Below are positions 28,045-31,611 of a stretch of DNA of 31,611 bases, piece by piece. Each line of letters begins with the position of its first letter. The first letter of the stretch is position 1. Source of the stretch: a virus (Duplodnaviria; Caudoviricetes); the IMG/VR virus record IMGVR_UViG_3300030737_000033, positions 1-31,611 of that record; one strand, given 5' to 3'. The translations under genes and the position numbers were made by a program. The notes beneath the pieces are model-generated. The model did not search any database. It was not told the DNA's origin and saw only the letters and a list, made by a program, of their open reading frames with translations.

Positions 28045-29487
28045 TTACGTGCTGAAATAGTCGAAGTCAAGGTCCCGAGCCATGTTCTGGTCTGGTCCAC
28101 TTCGGTTCGTTCGCCGGCCGCCCAGGTTCACCATGCGCGCGAACCGCCGCATCATCATGGCCTGCCGGGTGGCCGAGAGAAGGTCGTCATTGACCTTGAC
28201 GATCTCCCCGTCCTTGCGGTGGTACTGGCGATATTCCTCGAACCAATTGGACAGGTGCGCCGCAACCTTTAGCCGGCCAGTCGTCATCCGCTGCTGCATC
28301 TCCAGCACCCCGGCTTCGGTCGAGTAGCCACCCGTTGGAAAGGTCGAGTGCTCCGGCAGCATGACGAGCTTCTGCGCCTTATACAGGTCCTTAAGCGGCT
28401 CTCCGCTTCCTTTCTCGCGCGCCGTGCCATCATGTGGCCATGCGACCGGCACTGCCGCGCCTATCGGCTGCATCATACTGGCATGGTCGATGGGGCGACC
28501 GCCTTCAAACTTGATCGCATGGTGGACGTGAAGGACATCATTGTCCCGGTCCCACAAGACGAGCACGGCGGCGAATGGGTGGCCGATCCCGAAGTCGATG
28601 CCCCAGAGCTTGGGCCAGTGGTCCGGGATATACGTGAGCGGCGGCTCCATTATCATCTCGTCGCTGTAAGCGAAAATACGGCCGGACCCCAGGATGGGCA
28701 CGCCGTTCGCCCGCGCGTCCCGTTCATGGATCGGATAACCGGCTATGATCGACTTCCGTTCCTCGTCCGTGTAGTGTAGGGCGTCATAGATCGTCATGGT
28801 GACGACATCACGGTCTGGTGAGCGTTCTTCCAGGAACCGGCGCACCACGTCAGTCAGGCCCTTCAGGGGGGTGAAGGTCGTGTACACCATTCCCTTGGTC
28901 GCGTTCGTCCGCGTCAGGCACTCCGAATAGATGTCCGGCGGGCACTCTTCATCGAGCCAGATCACGTCCACCGGCTCGCCCTGGAACTTGGTACGGCCCT
29001 GCTCATAAGATTTGAGGGTGATCGTGGACACGCCGCCGGTGATGTGCTTCACTTGGACTGTGTCGAATGCATCGGTCACGCCCCGGCTCAGGCTGTAGTC
29101 CACGATCAGATGTTTGGGCACGTACCCGGTTCCAAGGTCGTCGAGAACGCCGGGGGTGCCGAAGAGTTTCTTCTGAATGATGTCGCGGGAGGCCAGGGCG
29201 CTTTCGCCCGCAGCCCACATCCGAATGGGGTGGTCGAAGCGCCGGCCGTTCCAATCCTCTGGGTAGACGCCCGTCAGGTGGCAGGACGCCTCGAAAGCCC
29301 CGGCCTCGGTCTTACCAAGCTGGTTGCCGGCGATCAGCAGGCGTTCCCGCTTCGTCGCGCCCATGGTGAAGAACTGCGCCTGCTTCGGGTAGGCCGCGAA
29401 GAAGTCGGATTTGTGGAAGCGATGGAAGTCGTCCGCTTCGGCCAGGAGTTTCTCGACCTCTAGGAGATCACTTCGCGACAGTGACAC
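28045..29487 (-). CDS. terL: Terminase large subunit (about 480 aa)
   Basis: Walker A AGNQLGKT, Walker B VIWLDEE, TFTPLKG coupling motif, nuclease GIDFG and DDLLSA. Start set at GTG 29487 with SD GGAG 7 nt upstream. Confidence 0.95.
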   Translation of the reverse strand: MSLSRSDLLEVEKLLAEADDFHRFHKSDFFAAYPKQAQFFTMGATKRERLLIAGNQLGKTEAGAFEASCHLTGVYPEDWNGRRFDHPIRMWAAGESALASRDIIQKKLFGTPGVLDDLGTGYVPKHLIVDYSLSRGVTDAFDTVQVKHITGGVSTITLKSYEQGRTKFQGEPVDVIWLDEECPPDIYSECLTRTNATKGMVYTTFTPLKGLTDVVRRFLEERSPDRDVVTMTIYDALHYTDEERKSIIAGYPIHERDARANGVPILGSGRIFAYSDEMIMEPPLTYIPDHWPKLWGIDFGIGHPFAAVLVLWDRDNDVLHVHHAIKFEGGRPIDHASMMQPIGAAVPVAWPHDGTAREKGSGEPLKDLYKAQKLVMLPEHSTFPTGGYSTEAGVLEMQQRMTTGRLKVAAHLSNWFEEYRQYHRKDGEIVKVNDDLLSATRQAMMMRRFARMVNLGGRRTNRSGPDQNMARDLDFDYFST

Positions 29488-29734
29488 CCGACTTCTCCAG
29501 AAGCTTTTGAGCCGTGCGGTAGGCGCGGGTGGTGCGGATGCGATCAATGTCCGCCACTGGGTCGAGACCCAGGCTCATCATGGTGCGCTCCAGCACATCG
29601 CCGGCTCGGTAGAGACTGTTGATGAGCGGATCGAACTCACCCGGCTCCAGGTGGGGTGGGAATTGCACCCGGCCGTCGGTGAGCATCTCGGCCCGGTTCC
29701 AACAGTCCCGAACCATCTTCAGTGTCTTGGGCAT
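29468..29734 (-). CDS. Hypothetical protein between terS and terL
   Basis: 88 aa; TAATG coupling to terS; overlaps the terL start. Confidence 0.65.
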   Translation of the reverse strand: MPKTLKMVRDCWNRAEMLTDGRVQFPPHLEPGEFDPLINSLYRAGDVLERTMMSLGLDPVADIDRIRTTRAYRTAQKLLEKSGVTVAK

Positions 29735-30294
29735 TAGAATATGTCCTCCAGGCCGGCGTCGCTCTCGACGGGTGTGAATACAGCGTCAGTCGGCTCCGGG
29801 CCGCCCAGGAGCATCTTCGGGTCGATCCCGCGCTTCCGCGCCAGAGCTTCGATCCGTTCGATGATCTCCTTGGTGCTGCGGAAGTCTCGGACCTCGACTT
29901 CATGCTTGGTCGTGACCGCCATCCCATTCCGGTCGATCAGGGCCAGGGCTGCTTGCAGCCTGATCTTCTCCGACGTGCTCTCGTTCGCCAGATGTAGCAG
30001 GGTCTCGACCCCGATGAACGCGCCAGTCTTCAGCCGTTTCCTGGCTTCCTCCTGGATCGCGTCGGCGATCTTCGGGCTCCGCATTTTCTGGGAGCCAATG
30101 GTGTTCAGCTTCCGTCGGCGGCTCTGCTCGTCCGTGTCGTTGGCGCAATAGCCCGCCGCCCCGGCCGCGTTGGTACTGTTACCGCCGCACTCGACGATGG
30201 CGTAGACGAACGCCCGCTCCATCACTGTGATGGCTTTCATGGCGGGTCCGAGTTCGCTTTCGTCGGGTACGGAGAGGATTATGTCGTGGGCCAT
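29734..30294 (-). CDS. terS: Terminase small subunit (186 aa from ATG 30294)
   Basis: ERAFVYAIVECGGNSTNAAGAAGY HTH, then P.I..AI.E and RLQAA..L.DR.G segments; upstream of terL. Confidence 0.85.
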   Translation of the reverse strand: MAHDIILSVPDESELGPAMKAITVMERAFVYAIVECGGNSTNAAGAAGYCANDTDEQSRRRKLNTIGSQKMRSPKIADAIQEEARKRLKTGAFIGVETLLHLANESTSEKIRLQAALALIDRNGMAVTTKHEVEVRDFRSTKEIIERIEALARKRGIDPKMLLGGPEPTDAVFTPVESDAGLEDIF

Positions 30295-30300
30295 TTGCGA

Positions 30301-30329
30301 AACATACTCGTCTTGCCCCCGTGTGTCAA
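30301..30329 (-). promoter_or_regulatory. Sigma70-type promoter for the packaging/structural arm
   Basis: Minus strand TTGACA (30329-30324), 17 bp, TATGTT (30306-30301); only 6 nt separate it from the terS ATG. Confidence 0.75.
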
Positions 30330-30375
30330 GGGTCCGGCTCCTGTACACGGACGCGCTTGGCTTCTGTACTCGGGG

Positions 30376-30464
30376 GAGCTTCACTGTAGACCCCAGATTT
30401 TGAAGTCGGCGCGTGACAGAGCTTCACTGTAGACCCCAGATTTTGAAGTCGGCGCGTGACAGAG
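30376..30464. repeat. Exact tandem duplication, 43-bp unit x2
   Basis: GAGCTTCACTGTAGACCCCAGATTTTGAAGTCGGCGCGTGACA at 30376-30418 and 30419-30461, then GAG. Confidence 0.95.
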
Positions 30465-30529
30465 AGCGCAGCAGCCTAACATCAGCGCGAGCGCGCGCGG
30501 GGGGTGCCGGCCACCCACCCCGGTCTTTT

Positions 30530-30569
30530 CGATATATCTAAGATGGTCTTGCCTGCGATATATCTAAGA
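30530..30569. repeat. 14-bp direct repeat with palindromic GATATATC core
   Basis: CGATATATCTAAGA at 30530-30543 and 30556-30569, each with GGTCTT a few bases upstream. Confidence 0.9.
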
Positions 30570-30587
30570 CTATCGAACCACCCCTGA

Positions 30588-30607
30588 TGATACGTGTACA
30601 CGTATCA
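30588..30607. repeat. Perfect 20-bp palindrome
   Basis: TGATACGTGTACACGTATCA is its own reverse complement. Confidence 0.95.
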
Positions 30608-30608
30608 A

Positions 30609-30734
30609 CCATCTGAGATCACAGATGTGTGCATGATACACGGATATGAGCCATCTGAGATCACAGATGTGTGCATGATACACGGATATGAGCCATCTGA
30701 GATCACAGATGTGTGCATGATACACGGATATGAG
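30609..30734. repeat. Exact tandem repeat, 42-bp unit x3
   Basis: CCATCTGAGATCACAGATGTGTGCATGATACACGGATATGAG at 30609, 30651 and 30693. Confidence 0.95.
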
Positions 30735-30821
30735 CGTTGAGTGAGGTGCGTTGCCCTAGATCGGGGAGGATCGGCGGGGGCATCAGGACGGCGGCTCACA
30801 ATGCCTCTGCGGACATTGATT

Positions 30822-30833
30822 GCGTGTACACGC
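30822..30833. promoter_or_regulatory. Palindromic candidate operator GCGTGTACACGC
   Basis: Exact copy of the recurring CGTGTACACG core in the non-coding region. Confidence 0.55.
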
Positions 30834-31057
30834 CTTCACGGCTTCGTGACTGATAATGCCTCGCAACAGGTCGATTTATCGATAAACGATATTGTCCCTG
30901 GTACCGCCATATGACCTAGATGGGATTGAGCCCGCTCTTGGCCCCGATGGGGTGCGCATGGCTCTTGAGCCGAGCGCTTGACTGCGATCCGGCCTTTCGA
31001 GGGGCGAGCGTGCATGTCATGCCTGCCACCGTGCCACCGTCGGATGACGAAGGCCCT

Positions 31058-31071
31058 AGCGTGTACACGCT
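31058..31071. promoter_or_regulatory. Palindromic candidate operator AGCGTGTACACGCT
   Basis: 14-bp perfect palindrome ending 43 nt upstream of ATG 31115. Confidence 0.55.
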
Positions 31072-31114
31072 TTCGTGCCATCGCCCCTCTTACTCACACA
31101 TAGAGGAATGACAG

Positions 31115-31611
31115 ATGACACAGAGCGAAGGCGAGCAATCGCCGTCGATCAAGCGTCAACTATGGCTTGAAGCAGCGGAGCGCGAATGCGTGAGGCTGCT
31201 AGCCGCTATAGGCGTCATTGTCCCTGTCCAGTCGGTGCGGATAAGCATCGGGTGGCCGGGCAAGGGCGGTTATCGCGGCAAAGCCATAGGTGAATGCTGG
31301 CATGCGGAAGCATCTTCGGATGCACATCGCGAAGTGTTCATCTCACCTAAGCTAGCCGACAGTGTAACGATCATGGGTACGCTCATACACGAGCTTATCC
31401 ATGCTTCGTTGCCGCCTACCGCCAAGCATGGCCCATTGTTCAAAGCTCCGGCTTTGGCCGTGGGACTTGAAGGCAAGATGACGGCAACCGTTGTTGGCGA
31501 TCAACTGCGAGACACGTTCAAACAATGGATCGCTGACAACGGTGAATATCCTTCGGGCGGGCTATCGCCCGGCGCGGGCATGAAGAAACAGACTACTCGC
31601 TATCTCAAATG
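31115..31611 (+). CDS. SprT-like zinc metalloprotease (truncated by window end; not in the ORF track)
   Basis: SD GAGGA at 31103-31107. My translation MTQSEGEQ...IGECW...EVFISP...TLIHELIHA...KHGPLFK...KKQTTRYLK is open to the edge and has HExxH plus a downstream His. Confidence 0.82.
   Translation, partial: MTQSEGEQSPSIKRQLWLEAAERECVRLLAAIGVIVPVQSVRISIGWPGKGGYRGKAIGECWHAEASSDAHREVFISPKLADSVTIMGTLIHELIHASLPPTAKHGPLFKAPALAVGLEGKMTATVVGDQLRDTFKQWIADNGEYPSGGLSPGAGMKKQTTRYLK

Larger units (their letters stand above)
1..31611. mobile_element. Tailed dsDNA phage (podovirus-type, BPP-1/APSE-like gene order), partial genome
   Basis: Continuous phage gene set: terS-terL-portal-scaffold-capsid-tail tubular A/B-internal virion proteins-fibre on the - strand; ssb-polA-nucleases on the + strand. 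No tape measure or sheath gene and no host housekeeping genes. Confidence 0.96.

Noticed and set aside
30609-30734. 42-bp repeats as a CRISPR array
   Set aside because: Units are directly adjacent and identical, with no spacers and no cas genes.
30605-30799. 64-aa ORF with SYPCIMHTSVISDG repeats
   Set aside because: By-product of the 42-bp repeat being a multiple of 3; no convincing start signals.
30836-31111. Short ORFs in the divergent control region (30836-31081 -, 30920-31111 +)
   Set aside because: No SD, coding bias or motifs, and they overlap the palindromic sites.

Overview
The whole window is a large part of a GC-rich, short-tailed (podovirus-type) dsDNA phage genome with BPP-1/APSE-like architecture. 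The + arm (1-6707) encodes SSB, a family A DNA polymerase, an endonuclease VII-type nuclease, a Holliday-junction-resolvase-like gene interrupted by a +1 frameshift, a metallophosphoesterase, a cupin-like protein, a dATP/dGTP diphosphohydrolase-like protein and a GH73 endolysin. The convergent - arm (30294 down to 6704) encodes TerS, TerL, portal, scaffold, major capsid, tail tubular proteins A and B, three internal virion proteins, a collagen-containing fibre and a probable holin. An ~800-bp divergent non-coding region (30295-31114) is dense in repeats and palindromes and precedes a SprT-like protease gene that runs off the window. The most unusual signals are: the palindrome CGTGTACACG dispersed through genes and promoter regions; two tandem arrays of 43- and 42-bp period beside a perfect 20-bp palindrome; a TTT-TGA frameshift in the resolvase; a probable leaderless terS mRNA; structured leaders before pol, capsid and endolysin; and tail and ejection proteins with large inserted domains. 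Promoter style and apparent GANTC scarcity suggest an alphaproteobacterial host (inference). All calls come from reading motifs and synteny by eye; no database searches were run.
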